A DNA stretch of 64,000 nucleotides from Nitrospirota bacterium (GTDB lineage Bacteria > Nitrospirota > JACRHJ01). The stretch lies in assembly GCA_963733375.1 (NCBI GenBank), contig CAVTDB010000016.1, positions 1 through 64,000 on the forward strand. The letters run 5' to 3'. A program made the translations under genes and the position numbers. The stretch's first letter is position 1; each line of letters opens with the position of its first letter. Shown here piece after piece: positions 1 through 10,084 of the stretch. Below the pieces are notes generated by a model. The model saw nothing but the letters and a program-made list of their open reading frames with translations, searched no databases and was not told the DNA's origin.

Positions 1-13
1 ATTAGTGCGCTGA

Positions 14-520
14 TTATTCCTTCACCTCTTCGCCGGCGGAGATTGCCAGAATTTCCTGCGTATTCGGCGGGACCGCCCCTTTGAAATAGGCGCTTATTAT
101 CGCGTGCGCCACCTCGTGCGTCAATATTTTGGGCGTTACATCGTCCACGCTTACATAGATGGTCATGGAACTCTGCTGGAAAAAACCAAGCACATTCTTG
201 TCTCCGCCGCCCGCATCATATTCTTTTTGCAGGTCGCCGCGCTTTACAAGCAAGACTATATTTACTTTGAAGTTCTTGGGATACATGTCCAGGAAGGACT
301 CGACGTCCTCTACTATTTTATCTATTTTCCGGGAAAGGTAGGGAGACGCCGGGCCGCGCGTCCTGTGGAACGCGGGCGACATGGCCTGTTCAAAAGCGTC
401 GAAGTTTTCTATGGAGTCGTAATTGACTGAAGCATATGCAGTCCGGTAGGTTTCAGCCCCGGAGGCCTGTGTCAAATAAAAGATGAGCAGAAATGCCGTC
501 AGGGCCGAAAGGACCTTCAC
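14..520 (-). CDS. Secreted zincin-like (HEXXH) hypothetical protein
   Basis: N-terminal signal peptide; ILTHEVAHAII motif and downstream QE (possible third ligand). Confidence 0.65.
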   Translation of the reverse strand: MKVLSALTAFLLIFYLTQASGAETYRTAYASVNYDSIENFDAFEQAMSPAFHRTRGPASPYLSRKIDKIVEDVESFLDMYPKNFKVNIVLLVKRGDLQKEYDAGGGDKNVLGFFQQSSMTIYVSVDDVTPKILTHEVAHAIISAYFKGAVPPNTQEILAISAGEEVKE

Positions 521-639
521 AGATGCCCCTTAAATTTACGTTAGTTACGGAGTTACGCATTGCCGGTCCTGAAAAATCCGGATATATTCATCAGACTGTG
601 GTATTCCTTATGAGAAATTATGGAATGTCCGCCGCTTTT

Positions 640-1317
640 TCATTTAACTGCCGCTTCCTCGGCCGCGGAATTTATCCATTCCTCCAGGGCCTCCGCCCGC
701 TTCCTTTGCGTTACGAGCGCCTTTAGCTCATCCCAGTGCAGTTCAATAGGATGGGGCTCCTTCTTCCTCTCGATGATTCGTACGACGACGGATTTACCCC
801 CCTTTTTTACACGCTTCACCTCTCCCGGTTTCATCGAATAAAGTTCTTTAGCGAACTTCGGCCCGATATCCTGACAGCAGACATCTTTAGTTTTTCCATT
901 TTCCATATATTTTATATCCGTCCCCATATAATCGGCATATTCGCGGGCCTCCTTATCGTCCGCCTCGATCGTCTTCAGTTCCTCTTTCTTTTTATCCAGT
1001 AGCTTCGATATCATGGCATTTTCCCAATACCTCTCAAGCGCCTCTATGAAACGGGGGTCTTCGTTGATTTTCAACTTCAGGGCCATCCTCAGCAATGCTC
1101 TTCTTTCCGATGCCAGTTCTTCCGGGTCGGCCGGGGAATCTCCGTCATCGCCTCCGTACGGTTTCGGTTTGCCCGCCGCGCGCTCCACGTCCTGCGCCGT
1201 AAACGGCTTGCCGCTTACCGTTCCGATTACCTCTTTTCTATTTATTGAGGCGCAACCCCACAGGGTTAAGACCACAAGGAGGCACAGGAGCGGATATGTA
1301 GTTTTATAGATTTTCAT
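640..1317 (-). CDS. Lipoprotein, SurA/PrsA-like peptidyl-prolyl isomerase family (degenerate parvulin domain)
   Basis: Lipobox LWGC; VIGTVSGKPFTAQDV SurA-N-like start; FAKELYSMKPGEVK rotamase C-terminal half; ALEEWIN tail. Confidence 0.6.
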   Translation of the reverse strand: MKIYKTTYPLLCLLVVLTLWGCASINRKEVIGTVSGKPFTAQDVERAAGKPKPYGGDDGDSPADPEELASERRALLRMALKLKINEDPRFIEALERYWENAMISKLLDKKKEELKTIEADDKEAREYADYMGTDIKYMENGKTKDVCCQDIGPKFAKELYSMKPGEVKRVKKGGKSVVVRIIERKKEPHPIELHWDELKALVTQRKRAEALEEWINSAAEEAAVK

Positions 1318-1399
1318 AGGGTTCCTGATTTTATTATAATATAATTTTTTTATTTTTGAGTGATTTTTAAAAAATTTTTTTACATTGAGTGCGCTTTTC

Positions 1400-1429
1400 T
1401 TGACAACAGGCTTCCCAAAATGTTAATTT
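1400..1429 (+). promoter_or_regulatory. Putative sigma70 promoter of ttcA operon
   Basis: TTGACA-18 nt-TAATTT just upstream of TTG at 1438. Confidence 0.45.
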
Positions 1430-1437
1430 TATTAATC

Positions 1438-2186
1438 TTGAGCAGGACTTGGAGAAATATCGTCAGGAAAACCGGCCGGGCCATCGGCGATTTCGGTCTT
1501 ATTTCGGACGGGGACCGCGTCATGGTCGCCCTGTCGGGCGGCAAGGACTCATGGACGCTCCTGCATGCGCTGGACGCGCTCCGCAAGAAGGCCCCTGTCG
1601 ATTTCTCGCTCCTGGCAGTGTGCATAAATCCGGGGTTTCCGGGATTCTCCTCGGACATGGTCGAGGAGAGGCTGTCCTCTCTGGGTTTCCAGTATCACAT
1701 CGAAAAGTCCAATATCTTTAATGTAATACGGGAGAAAAAGGGCGACCAGGAGGAAGGCTACTGCTCTTTTTGCGCAAGGCTCCGGCGCGGGGTGCTCTAT
1801 CGCATTGCCCAGGAGAAAGGCTGCACGAAGATCGCCCTCGGCCACCATGCCGACGACTTGATAGAGACGCTCCTGATGAGTGCGCTGTATAACGGGGAGC
1901 TTCGGTCGATGCCGCCCAGGCTCCTGGCGGAAGATGGGGTGAACGTGGTAATCAGGCCGCTCTGCTACGTATTCGAGAGAGAGACGGCGGCGTTTGTGGA
2001 GGAGGCGGAAATACCGGTAATCGGCTGCGGCTGTCCGGTGTGCAAAGGCTCCGGCCGTAAAGGCGATACAAAGTAAAGTCGCTCCTGGGCGACCTGGAAG
2101 AGATGGAGCCTGGGATAAAAGACAACCTCCTGGCCGCGCTGGGTAATCTGAAACCGAAGTATTTGATGGACAAGAGATATTACTAA
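1438..2186 (+). CDS. ttcA: tRNA 2-thiocytidine(32) synthetase (indel near 2060)
   Basis: SGGKDS PP-loop, CSFCARLRRG, LGHHADD, VIRPL, CGCPVC; C-terminus KDNLLAALGNLKPKYLMD continues in another frame. Confidence 0.9.
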
Positions 2187-2195
2187 AGGCTATTT

Positions 2196-2645
2196 ATGCG
2201 CGCCGTGGTCCAGCGGATAAAGGAATCGAAAGTTAAAGTGAATTCCGAGGTCGTCGGCGAAATCGGCGCGGGTTTACTCATTTTCCTTGGCGTTGGCAAG
2301 GACGACACCGAAGAAGACGCCGTTTACATTCTGGATAAGGTGGTAAACCTGCGGATATTCGAGGACGAGGATGGAAAATTTAACTTAAGCCTACTGGACT
2401 TGAAGGGTGAGCTTATGGTAGTATCGCAGTTCACGTTGTATGGGGACGCCCGCAAGGGTCGGAGGCCCTCCTTTTCGGAAGCCGCCAAAGGTGAAAAAGC
2501 GCAGGGGCTTTACGATTATTTTATTTACAAGGCAAAAGATATGGGGATAACGGTTTCACATGGGAATTTCGGGGAGCATATGGAAGTCAGGCTCACCAAC
2601 GACGGGCCGGTGACAATACTCCTTGACAGCGGGAGGCTTTTTTAA
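2196..2645 (+). CDS. dtd: D-aminoacyl-tRNA deacylase
   Basis: MRAVVQR, SQFTL, GRRPSF, NDGPVT motifs. Confidence 0.97.
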   Translation: MRAVVQRIKESKVKVNSEVVGEIGAGLLIFLGVGKDDTEEDAVYILDKVVNLRIFEDEDGKFNLSLLDLKGELMVVSQFTLYGDARKGRRPSFSEAAKGEKAQGLYDYFIYKAKDMGITVSHGNFGEHMEVRLTNDGPVTILLDSGRLF

Positions 2646-2714
2646 GGGCTGCATGGAGGTGCGGTTAAAATAGGGAGGGAGCAGGCTGATAACGACTTTC
2701 CCTGGAGGTAGCGA

Positions 2715-3086
2715 GTGCCTAAGGTCCTCATTGTAGAAGATGAAGAGAGCGTAAGGCAAGCCCTTGTTAAGATACTGGAAAATTTCGGACATAAGGTCCT
2801 GATGGCGGCTGACGCGCCGGAAGGGATAAAGATATTCGAACGGGAAAGGCCCGATATAGTCATGACCGACCTGGGTCTGCCCGGCCCTTCGGGCTGGGAC
2901 CTGGCGCGGGCGATCAAGGAAAAGGACCCTAAGGTCCCGGTAGTGCTTCTTTCTGGCTGGGACGTGGAAATGGAAGATAAATCGTTGACGGGGCTGGTTG
3001 AGAAAATATTGTCAAAGCCCGTAAAAATAAAGGAAATGCTGGATACTATCGACCAACTGGCAAGGAAACCGGAGGCTAAAGTTTGA
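2715..3086 (+). CDS. Single-domain response regulator (REC)
   Basis: VLIVEDE, DIVMTDLGLPG phospho-Asp, LSKP. Confidence 0.92.
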   Translation: MPKVLIVEDEESVRQALVKILENFGHKVLMAADAPEGIKIFERERPDIVMTDLGLPGPSGWDLARAIKEKDPKVPVVLLSGWDVEMEDKSLTGLVEKILSKPVKIKEMLDTIDQLARKPEAKV

Positions 3087-3673
3087 GCGGACAAAACGAT
3101 GAAGTTCTTCAGATATTCAGGCAGAAAGGCGCCCTGTTAGAGGGACATTTTCTGCTTTCGTCGGGCATACACAGTCCAGTGTACCTGCAGTGCGCCCTGG
3201 TTCTCCAGTACCCGGACATCGCAACCGAGCTGTGCTTCAAGCTTGGGAGCAATTTCCGTTCCGAGAAGATTGATTTTGTAATCGCGCCGGCGCTTGGCGG
3301 GATAATCGTGGCGCAGGAAGTGGCAAAGTCGCTGGGAGTTCGGGCCATTTTCGCGGAAAGGGTGGACGGGAAGCTTACCTTGCGGCGCGGCTTCTCCATA
3401 GCCGAAGGCGAACGGGCGCTTGTGGTGGAGGACGTTATTACCACCGGCGGCTCCACGCGTGAGACGATGCGCGTAGTCAGGGAAGCCGGCGGGATAGTCG
3501 CGGCGGCAGGGGCGATTATAGACAGGAGCGGCGGGACCGCGGAACTGGACGTCCCTTACAAGGCCCTGGTCACGCTCACCATAGATATCCACCAGCCCAA
3601 AGACTGCCCGCTCTGCGCCCAGGGAATCCCGTTTGTAAAGCCCGGAAGCAGGGACCTTAAAAAAAATAAATGA
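3083..3673 (+). CDS. pyrE: Orotate phosphoribosyltransferase
   Basis: GHFLLSSGIHS, VVEDVITTGGS PRPP motif, CPLC...KPGSR tail. Confidence 0.95.
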   Translation: MSGQNDEVLQIFRQKGALLEGHFLLSSGIHSPVYLQCALVLQYPDIATELCFKLGSNFRSEKIDFVIAPALGGIIVAQEVAKSLGVRAIFAERVDGKLTLRRGFSIAEGERALVVEDVITTGGSTRETMRVVREAGGIVAAAGAIIDRSGGTAELDVPYKALVTLTIDIHQPKDCPLCAQGIPFVKPGSRDLKKNK

Positions 3674-5190
3674 CGACGAGCCTTCAATCTCAAGACGATT
3701 TTCTGAAGAACGCGGACAAGGGGCTTATAAAGCCCCTTTACTTTATGCGGGAGCTTCCAGGCTTCGACCCCGCCTCCGCGCTCCCCGCACTGCTTGATGA
3801 CAGGGAGCCATATCTGCTTGAGTCCGCGCGGATAAGCCCGGGCACCGGCAGGTACTCCTTCATGGGCTCGAACCCGTACATGTCATTTAAGTGCAAGGGA
3901 AATCAGGTCGAGATAACCCGGGACGGCAGGCGCTCCGTCGCTTCACGTCCGCCGCTTGCGAAGCTTAGGGAACTGATGTCCGGCTACCGCCTTGAACAAG
4001 TCCCCGGCCTTCCACCGTTTACCGGCGGGTGTGTCGGGTTTATTTCCTATGATTTCGTACATAACTTTGAAAATATCCCTTCCCATGCGGAAGACGACCT
4101 TAAAATCCCCGACGCGCATTTCATATTCATCGACCTCCTCGCGGCATACGACCATGTCGAAGGAAAATTCTTTATAATCGCCAATCCCGGCGCGGCGGAA
4201 CGGGGCCTGGGATATGCCAGCCCGGAAGCCGGCCGGTGGCCTGAAATCTACGATAAAACCGTCGTAAGGATGCGGGAGCTGGAGGAGCACATCCTGAGCG
4301 GGACACCCGAAAGGACGTGTAAGTCCGCCCATCCCGGCGCGGAACATGCCAGTCCCGGCTCGGGACTCGCCGCCAAGCCGCTGATGTCCAAAAATGATTA
4401 CGAGCAGATGGTACGCCGCGCGAAGGAATATATCGCCGCCGGGGACATTTTCCAGGCGAACCTCTCTCAGCGGCTATCGGCGGAGGTGGAAGGAATCCAC
4501 CCGTATGACATATACCGGGTGCTGAGAGAGGTCAATCCCTCGCCTTTCGCCTGTTACCTGGACTTCGGGGACGTGAAGATAATAAGCTCGTCTCCGGAGC
4601 GGCTCGTCCGGCTGGAAAATGGCAAAGTGGATACCCGCCCCATCGCGGGTACCAGGCCCAGGGGCCGGGACTTGGACGGGGACGAGGCCATGCGCTCGGA
4701 GCTTCTGTTGAACGAGAAGGAGCGCGCGGAACATATAATGCTGATCGACCTGGAGCGAAACGACATGGGCAGGGTATGCGATTACGGGACCGTGCATGTG
4801 GACGAGCTGATGGTTACGGAGGATTACTCCCACGTCATACACATCGTCTCAAACGTTACGGGCAGGCTGGCCGAGGGCAAAGACGCGTTCGACGTCATAC
4901 GGGCGACATTCCCCGGCGGAACGATTACGGGGGTGCCAAAGGTCAGATGCATGGAAATAATAGACGAGCTGGAGCCGGTTGCAAGAGGCCCGTACACCGG
5001 CTCGGTGGGATACATCGGCTATAACGGCAACATGGACTTGAATATCATAATCCGCACTTTTGTGATAAAAAATAATAAGGCATATGTGCAGGTGGGCGCG
5101 GGTATAGTGGCCGATTCCGACCCGGAGCGGGAGTACTATGAGACGCTTAACAAGGCGGAGGCGCTGGTAAAGACGCTGGGGAGGCTATAA
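3670..5190 (+). CDS. pabB: Chorismate-binding component I (aminodeoxychorismate/anthranilate synthase)
   Basis: LLESA, GDIFQANLSQ, NPSPF, SSSPE, RPIAGTR, KERAEHIMLIDLERND; next to class IV aminotransferase; TrpE not excluded. Confidence 0.8.
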   Translation: MTTSLQSQDDFLKNADKGLIKPLYFMRELPGFDPASALPALLDDREPYLLESARISPGTGRYSFMGSNPYMSFKCKGNQVEITRDGRRSVASRPPLAKLRELMSGYRLEQVPGLPPFTGGCVGFISYDFVHNFENIPSHAEDDLKIPDAHFIFIDLLAAYDHVEGKFFIIANPGAAERGLGYASPEAGRWPEIYDKTVVRMRELEEHILSGTPERTCKSAHPGAEHASPGSGLAAKPLMSKNDYEQMVRRAKEYIAAGDIFQANLSQRLSAEVEGIHPYDIYRVLREVNPSPFACYLDFGDVKIISSSPERLVRLENGKVDTRPIAGTRPRGRDLDGDEAMRSELLLNEKERAEHIMLIDLERNDMGRVCDYGTVHVDELMVTEDYSHVIHIVSNVTGRLAEGKDAFDVIRATFPGGTITGVPKVRCMEIIDELEPVARGPYTGSVGYIGYNGNMDLNIIIRTFVIKNNKAYVQVGAGIVADSDPEREYYETLNKAEALVKTLGRL

Positions 5191-6051
5191 ATGCAAATCT
5201 ACATCAATGGCGCGTTTTATCCGAAGGACGAGGCGAAGGTTTCCGTATTCGACCACGGATATTTATATGGCGACGGAATTTACGAGACCCTGCGCTCATA
5301 CGACGGCATGGTCTTCAAGCTAATCGAGCACCTGGCGCGGCTGAAACAGTCGGCGGACATGATGGAGATGACCCTGCTGATGGATGAAGACGGCTTCAGG
5401 CGCGCGATATACGATACATTGTCCAGAAACAGCCTCAAAGACGCCTATATCCGCCTCAGCGTATCTCGCGGCCCCGGCGATATCGGCCTGGACCCGGAGC
5501 TTTGCCCCACCCCCACGTTCGTGATAATCGCGAAGCAGTTCTTCGACTACCGGAGGGAGTTCTACCAGGAAGGGGTCAAAATTGCCGTCGTGGAAACCCG
5601 GAGGATCCACCCGGAGACGCTTAACCCGGCCATAAAGTCCACAAATTTCCTGAACAACATTTTCGCGAAGATTGAGTCCAAGCGCGCGGGGGCGTTCGAG
5701 GGTATAATGCTTAACCACGCCAACTTTATAGCCGAGGGCACCATCTCCAACATATTCATGGTAAAAGACGGAGTCCTGATGACCCCGCCCCTCATCGCGG
5801 GGATACTCGAAGGGGTGACGCGCGACCTCGTACTTCGATTAGCGGAGACTCTTGGCATCACCGTTTACGAGGAGCTGTTCACCGAGGCGGTCCTCGGGGA
5901 GGCGGACGAGGTTTTCATAACGAATACCACGATGGAGATAATGCCTGTCAAGGAGGTGGGCGGCAACGTAATCGGCCCTCCGGGCAAGGTGACGAAAATG
6001 CTCGCGGAGGCGTACAAACAAGAGGTGCTCCGTTGTTTGAAAACGCGATAG
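5191..6051 (+). CDS. Class IV PLP aminotransferase (IlvE / ADC lyase PabC-like)
   Basis: FDHGYLYGDGIYETLR, IKSTN, AEGTISNIF, ILEGVTR, ADEVFITNT. Confidence 0.9.
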   Translation: MQIYINGAFYPKDEAKVSVFDHGYLYGDGIYETLRSYDGMVFKLIEHLARLKQSADMMEMTLLMDEDGFRRAIYDTLSRNSLKDAYIRLSVSRGPGDIGLDPELCPTPTFVIIAKQFFDYRREFYQEGVKIAVVETRRIHPETLNPAIKSTNFLNNIFAKIESKRAGAFEGIMLNHANFIAEGTISNIFMVKDGVLMTPPLIAGILEGVTRDLVLRLAETLGITVYEELFTEAVLGEADEVFITNTTMEIMPVKEVGGNVIGPPGKVTKMLAEAYKQEVLRCLKTR

Positions 6052-6716
6052 AGCTGGCCCAGATAATCGACCATACCCTGCTCTCCCCGACAGCGGCCCC
6101 GGCGGACGTGGACAGGCTTTGCGACGAGGCCACGCATTACTCGTTTCATTCCGTCTGCGTAAACCCTTGCTACGTCTCGCGCGCGGCGGAAAGGCTCCGG
6201 GGCACGGGCGTAACGGTCTGCTGTGTAATCGACTTCCCCCTGGGCTCCGGCACCACCGCCATGAAGGTAATGGAAGGTGTCGAGGCGGTCCGAACCGGCG
6301 CGCAGGAACTGGACGTAGTAATGAACGTGGGGCTTTTCAAGGCCGGGGAGTTCGAGGCGGTGGCGAGGCAGCTCAAGGATTTTATACTCCTGACTCCGGG
6401 CGTGGTGCATAAGGTTATAATAGAGACATGCTATCTCACGGACGCGGAGAAGGCCGGTGCGGCGAGGCTATCCGCTGAGGTCGGCGCGGAGTTCGTAAAG
6501 ACTTCGACCGGGTTCGGCTCACGCGGCGCGTCTCCCGCGGACGTCATGATAATGAAGGCCGGGGCAATCGGCAAGGCGAAGATAAAGGCGTCGGGCGGCA
6601 TCCGGGACCTGGATACGCTTTGCAAGATGGTACAGGCCGGGGCGGAGCGGATCGGCACGTCCTCCGGCGTGGCCATAGTGGAGGAGTTCATGCAAAAGCA
6701 TGGCGCGGCGTTATGA
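6033..6716 (+). CDS. deoC: Deoxyribose-phosphate aldolase
   Basis: IDHTLL, ELDVV, KVIIET, FVKTSTGF, KASGGIR, RIGTSSG. Confidence 0.96.
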   Translation: MFENAIELAQIIDHTLLSPTAAPADVDRLCDEATHYSFHSVCVNPCYVSRAAERLRGTGVTVCCVIDFPLGSGTTAMKVMEGVEAVRTGAQELDVVMNVGLFKAGEFEAVARQLKDFILLTPGVVHKVIIETCYLTDAEKAGAARLSAEVGAEFVKTSTGFGSRGASPADVMIMKAGAIGKAKIKASGGIRDLDTLCKMVQAGAERIGTSSGVAIVEEFMQKHGAAL

Positions 6717-6723
6717 GGTTTTC

Positions 6724-7032
6724 ATGTCTAAAGAATTTAAAGATTTCCTGACTAATTTTCCCGACCCCGGCAAGGCGTACCTTGACCTTTTCAAGTCGGT
6801 CATGGACGCGCCCGCGCTGGATGCGAAGACGAAGCAGCTTATTCTAATCGGCGCGATGACGGCGCAGAACTACCCGCCGGGAGTCGCCGCGCACGTGCCG
6901 CAGGCGCTTAAAGCCGGGGCTAACCGGGAAGAGGTACTGGAGGCGGTACTCACCCCGCTGCCCGTTTCCGGCATAAACGGCGTCATAGAATGCCTCCAGG
7001 CGGCGCTTAAGGTATTGGATTCGCCTGATTAA
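6724..7032 (+). CDS. Carboxymuconolactone decarboxylase (CMD) family protein
   Basis: LDAKTKQLILIG...AHVPQALKAGANREEVLEAV; no CxxC. Confidence 0.8.
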   Translation: MSKEFKDFLTNFPDPGKAYLDLFKSVMDAPALDAKTKQLILIGAMTAQNYPPGVAAHVPQALKAGANREEVLEAVLTPLPVSGINGVIECLQAALKVLDSPD

Positions 7033-7116
7033 AAGCCCGCCAAAACCATAGCTTATGATATAATTGAAACAGACGTAGGTTTTGTTTATCTCGCTATTTT
7101 CAAAAGGAGGAACGAG

Positions 7117-7233
7117 ATGGCCGAAGGGGGAAAGACGTACAAGTGCGAAATATGCGGACAAGTGGTGAAGGTGATTGAAAGCGGGGCAGGAGAGCTTGTC
7201 TGCTGCGGCGAACCAATGGTTAAAATCGACTAA
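7117..7233 (+). CDS. Desulforedoxin, 38 aa (absent from ORF track)
   Basis: MAEGGKTYKCEICGQVVKVIESGAGELVCCGEPMVKID with CxxC...CC iron ligands; AAGGAGG RBS 6 nt upstream. Confidence 0.93.
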   Translation: MAEGGKTYKCEICGQVVKVIESGAGELVCCGEPMVKID

Positions 7234-7252
7234 AAGAACAGGAGCAATATCG

Positions 7253-7471
7253 ATGAGAGAGAAAGTGGAAGCGATACTGGATAAAATAAGGCCTCATCTC
7301 CAGGCGGACGGTGGGAACGTGGAACTTGTCGGCGTTGAGGGGACCGTAGTGAAGGTGCGCCTGGTCGGGGCTTGCGGAAGCTGCCCGATGTCCCAGATGA
7401 CGCTCAAGATGGGCGTGGAGCGCGCAATAAAAGAAGAATTGCCTGAGGTGACGGAGGTTATCAACGTTTGA
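7253..7471 (+). CDS. NifU C-terminal / Nfu-type Fe-S carrier
   Basis: IRPHLQADGGNVELV, GACGSCPMSQMTLKMGVE; true start ATG 7253. Confidence 0.93.
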   Translation: MREKVEAILDKIRPHLQADGGNVELVGVEGTVVKVRLVGACGSCPMSQMTLKMGVERAIKEELPEVTEVINV

Positions 7472-7498
7472 CCGCCGCCAATTGAAAGGAGGCAGGTT

Positions 7499-8293
7499 AT
7501 GTTTGCTATAGCGAGTAACCTGAGCTTCAAAAACCGCGAGTTTATTTCCGCCGCCAGGACCGGCAATACGGATTGGATAGCAGGTCAGGCCCTTGCCCTG
7601 AAGGATGCGGGGGCGGATATGCTTAATATCAGCCTGAGCCTTGACGGGGACGGAGACGAAAAATACATTAAGACGGCGGTACTCGGCGCGCGCGACGCGG
7701 GTCTGCCGCTTTCCATAGACAGCCGAAACCCGAAAGCCCAGGAAATCGCCGCCGGCGCCGCGGGAAAGAAGATTATCGTCAATTACTTTTCCGCCGATTA
7801 CCAGCGGGTAAAGGAGATGGACGGTATTCTGCGTCTTGCCGAGGCGGCGGGCGCGGACCTCGTCATTTACCCTGTCCGCAAAGGGATCCCTGCGGACGCG
7901 GACGAGCGGCTGGCGATAATCGAGGACCTGATTGAGAAGGCCAATTCCGCCGGGATTTCCAACAGTCGGCTTATCGTGGACCCGATGGTCCTGCACATAG
8001 CGGGAAACGTGCGCGGACAGGAGCAGGCCGTGGCGGTACAGCAGACCCTTTACGGTTTAAGCGAGCTTGTCGATCCGCCGCTTAGGACCACATGCTGGCT
8101 CTCGAACATCTCCGCGGGGTCGGACAAGAGTGTGCGTCCGGCGATAAACAGCACCTATCTCGCCATGCTGGCAGGCCTTGGGTTGTGGTCGGCATACGTG
8201 GACGCGCTGGACAAGGAGACGATGCGGACCGTGCGCCTGATAAGGGCGTTTAAGAACGAGACTGTATATTCGCAGGTTGACGCGGCGGCATGA
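7499..8293 (+). CDS. Pterin-binding TIM-barrel protein, AcsE/MeTr-like (divergent)
   Basis: LPLSIDS, IIVN, GIPADADER, LIVDP, LSNIS, RPAINSTYLAML, VYS tail; GGAGG RBS. Confidence 0.8.
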   Translation: MFAIASNLSFKNREFISAARTGNTDWIAGQALALKDAGADMLNISLSLDGDGDEKYIKTAVLGARDAGLPLSIDSRNPKAQEIAAGAAGKKIIVNYFSADYQRVKEMDGILRLAEAAGADLVIYPVRKGIPADADERLAIIEDLIEKANSAGISNSRLIVDPMVLHIAGNVRGQEQAVAVQQTLYGLSELVDPPLRTTCWLSNISAGSDKSVRPAINSTYLAMLAGLGLWSAYVDALDKETMRTVRLIRAFKNETVYSQVDAAA

Positions 8294-9057
8294 CATCAGG
8301 CTACAGTCTTTCGCTTGCCGGGAAAAATGCCGTAATCTCCGGCTCCTCGCGCGGGGTAGGCTTTGCGATAGCATCGGCCCTGGCGGCAGCCGGGGCGAAC
8401 GTCGCCATCAACTACCTCTCTAACGAGGAAAGGGGCGTAACCGCTCTCGCCGCGCTCAGGGAGATAAACCCTTCGGCCATTTCAGTCAAGGCGGACGTGT
8501 CCGCCGAAGAAGGGGCTGATACGCTGATATCGGAAGCTGAAAATGCTTTCGGCGGCGTGGATATACTGGTTAACAACGCCCATGGGCGCATTATCAGGAA
8601 CATGTTCCCGAGGTCTGCCTGGGAAGAGCACCAGGACCATATAGACAGCATCCTGCGCCCCGCGTTTTACTTGTCCAGGCGGGTAACCGACGGGATGAAG
8701 TCGCGAGGCTGGGGCAGGATAGTAAATATAGGGAACAACATGCTCCTACAGCCCATAAAAGGCTACAGCGCCCTCACTTCGGCAATGGGGTCGCTCTTTG
8801 GCTTCACAAGGAACCTGGCCGCTGAAGCGGGACCGTGGGGGATTACAGTCAACATGGTTTCGCCCGGCTTCGTCCTGACGGAGGAGGCCCCTTATACCAA
8901 CGAATCCGTGCTCCAGGCGATAAAGGAATCGACGCCGCTTGGAAGGCTCGCCCAACCCCAGGACATAGCGGGGGCGGCTCTTTTTTTCTGCTCCGACCTT
9001 GGCCGCTTCGTTACCGGCGCAAACATCTCCGTCGACGGCGGAAGGGTAATGGGATAA
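8290..9057 (+). CDS. SDR family oxidoreductase-like protein (catalytic YxxxK absent)
   Basis: SGSSRGVG, DILVNNA, GITVNMVSPG, TPLGR, VTGANISVDGG. Confidence 0.9.
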   Translation: MTSGYSLSLAGKNAVISGSSRGVGFAIASALAAAGANVAINYLSNEERGVTALAALREINPSAISVKADVSAEEGADTLISEAENAFGGVDILVNNAHGRIIRNMFPRSAWEEHQDHIDSILRPAFYLSRRVTDGMKSRGWGRIVNIGNNMLLQPIKGYSALTSAMGSLFGFTRNLAAEAGPWGITVNMVSPGFVLTEEAPYTNESVLQAIKESTPLGRLAQPQDIAGAALFFCSDLGRFVTGANISVDGGRVMG

Positions 9058-9075
9058 GCGGCCGGGAGGCCTCTC

Positions 9076-10084
9076 ATGAAACAGGCTTCTCTGTGGGAGC
9101 CGCTTGAAGATAAAAAAGTCTACTGCTTTCTATGCGGACACCGGTGCAAAATCCCTGAAGGCTCAAGAGGCGTATGCCAGGTCCGGGAAAACAGGGACGG
9201 CGTCCTCTATACCCTCGTTTACGACAAGGTCATCGCCCAACATATCGACCCGATAGAAAAGAAACCGCTCTTCCATTTCTACCCGGGCTCCCGCTCATAC
9301 TCCATAGCCACCCCAGGCTGCAATTTCAAGTGCCTCTTCTGCCAGAACGCCGATATCGCCCAGATGCCCAGAGATACTAAAATAATAATCGGAGATCCCG
9401 TCTCACCGCAGTCGATAGTGGATGAGGCGTTAAAATCCGGCTGCAAGAGCATCGCGTACACCTATACCGAACCTACCGTATTCTTCGAGCTGGCATTCGA
9501 TACGGCAAAGCTCGCGTTCGATGCCGGGCTGAAGAACGTGTTCGTCACGAACGGCTACATTACGCCAGAAGCCCTCAAGACGATAAGACCGTATCTCGAC
9601 GCGGCCAATATAGACCTGAAAGGGTTTACCGGGGAGTTCTACAGGAAGGTCTGCGGAGCCAAACTCGAACTGGTGCTGGAGTCCATAAAAAATTACTACG
9701 ACTCCGGGATATGGATAGAACTTACTACCCTCGTAATCCCGGGGCATAACGATTCGGAGGAAGAGCTTCGCTCTATCGCCCGTTTCATCGTCTCGATAAA
9801 CCCGGAGATACCCTGGCACGTCTCCCGTTTTTATCCGACTTACAAGCTGATAGACCAGCCCCCTACCCCGCTGTCCACCTTGTCTATGGCGCGAAGGGTC
9901 GGGATCGAAGAAGGGCTGAAATACGTTTACGAAGGGAACGCGCCGGGCCAGGGCGGCGAGGATACGCTTTGCCCCAGTTGCGGCAAGATATTGATTACCC
10001 GCTACGGCAACATGATGACCGGCAATTATACGAAAAACGGCGCATGCGAATGCGGAGCACAGGATAGCGGGAGCGGGTCTTTGA
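9076..10084 (+). CDS. amrS: AmmeMemoRadiSam system radical SAM enzyme (indel near 10060)
   Basis: CFLCGHRC, DPIEKKPLFHFYPG, GCNFKCLFCQN, YTYTEP, PWHVSRFYP; shifted frame ends IAGAGL* at TGA 10082. Confidence 0.92.
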
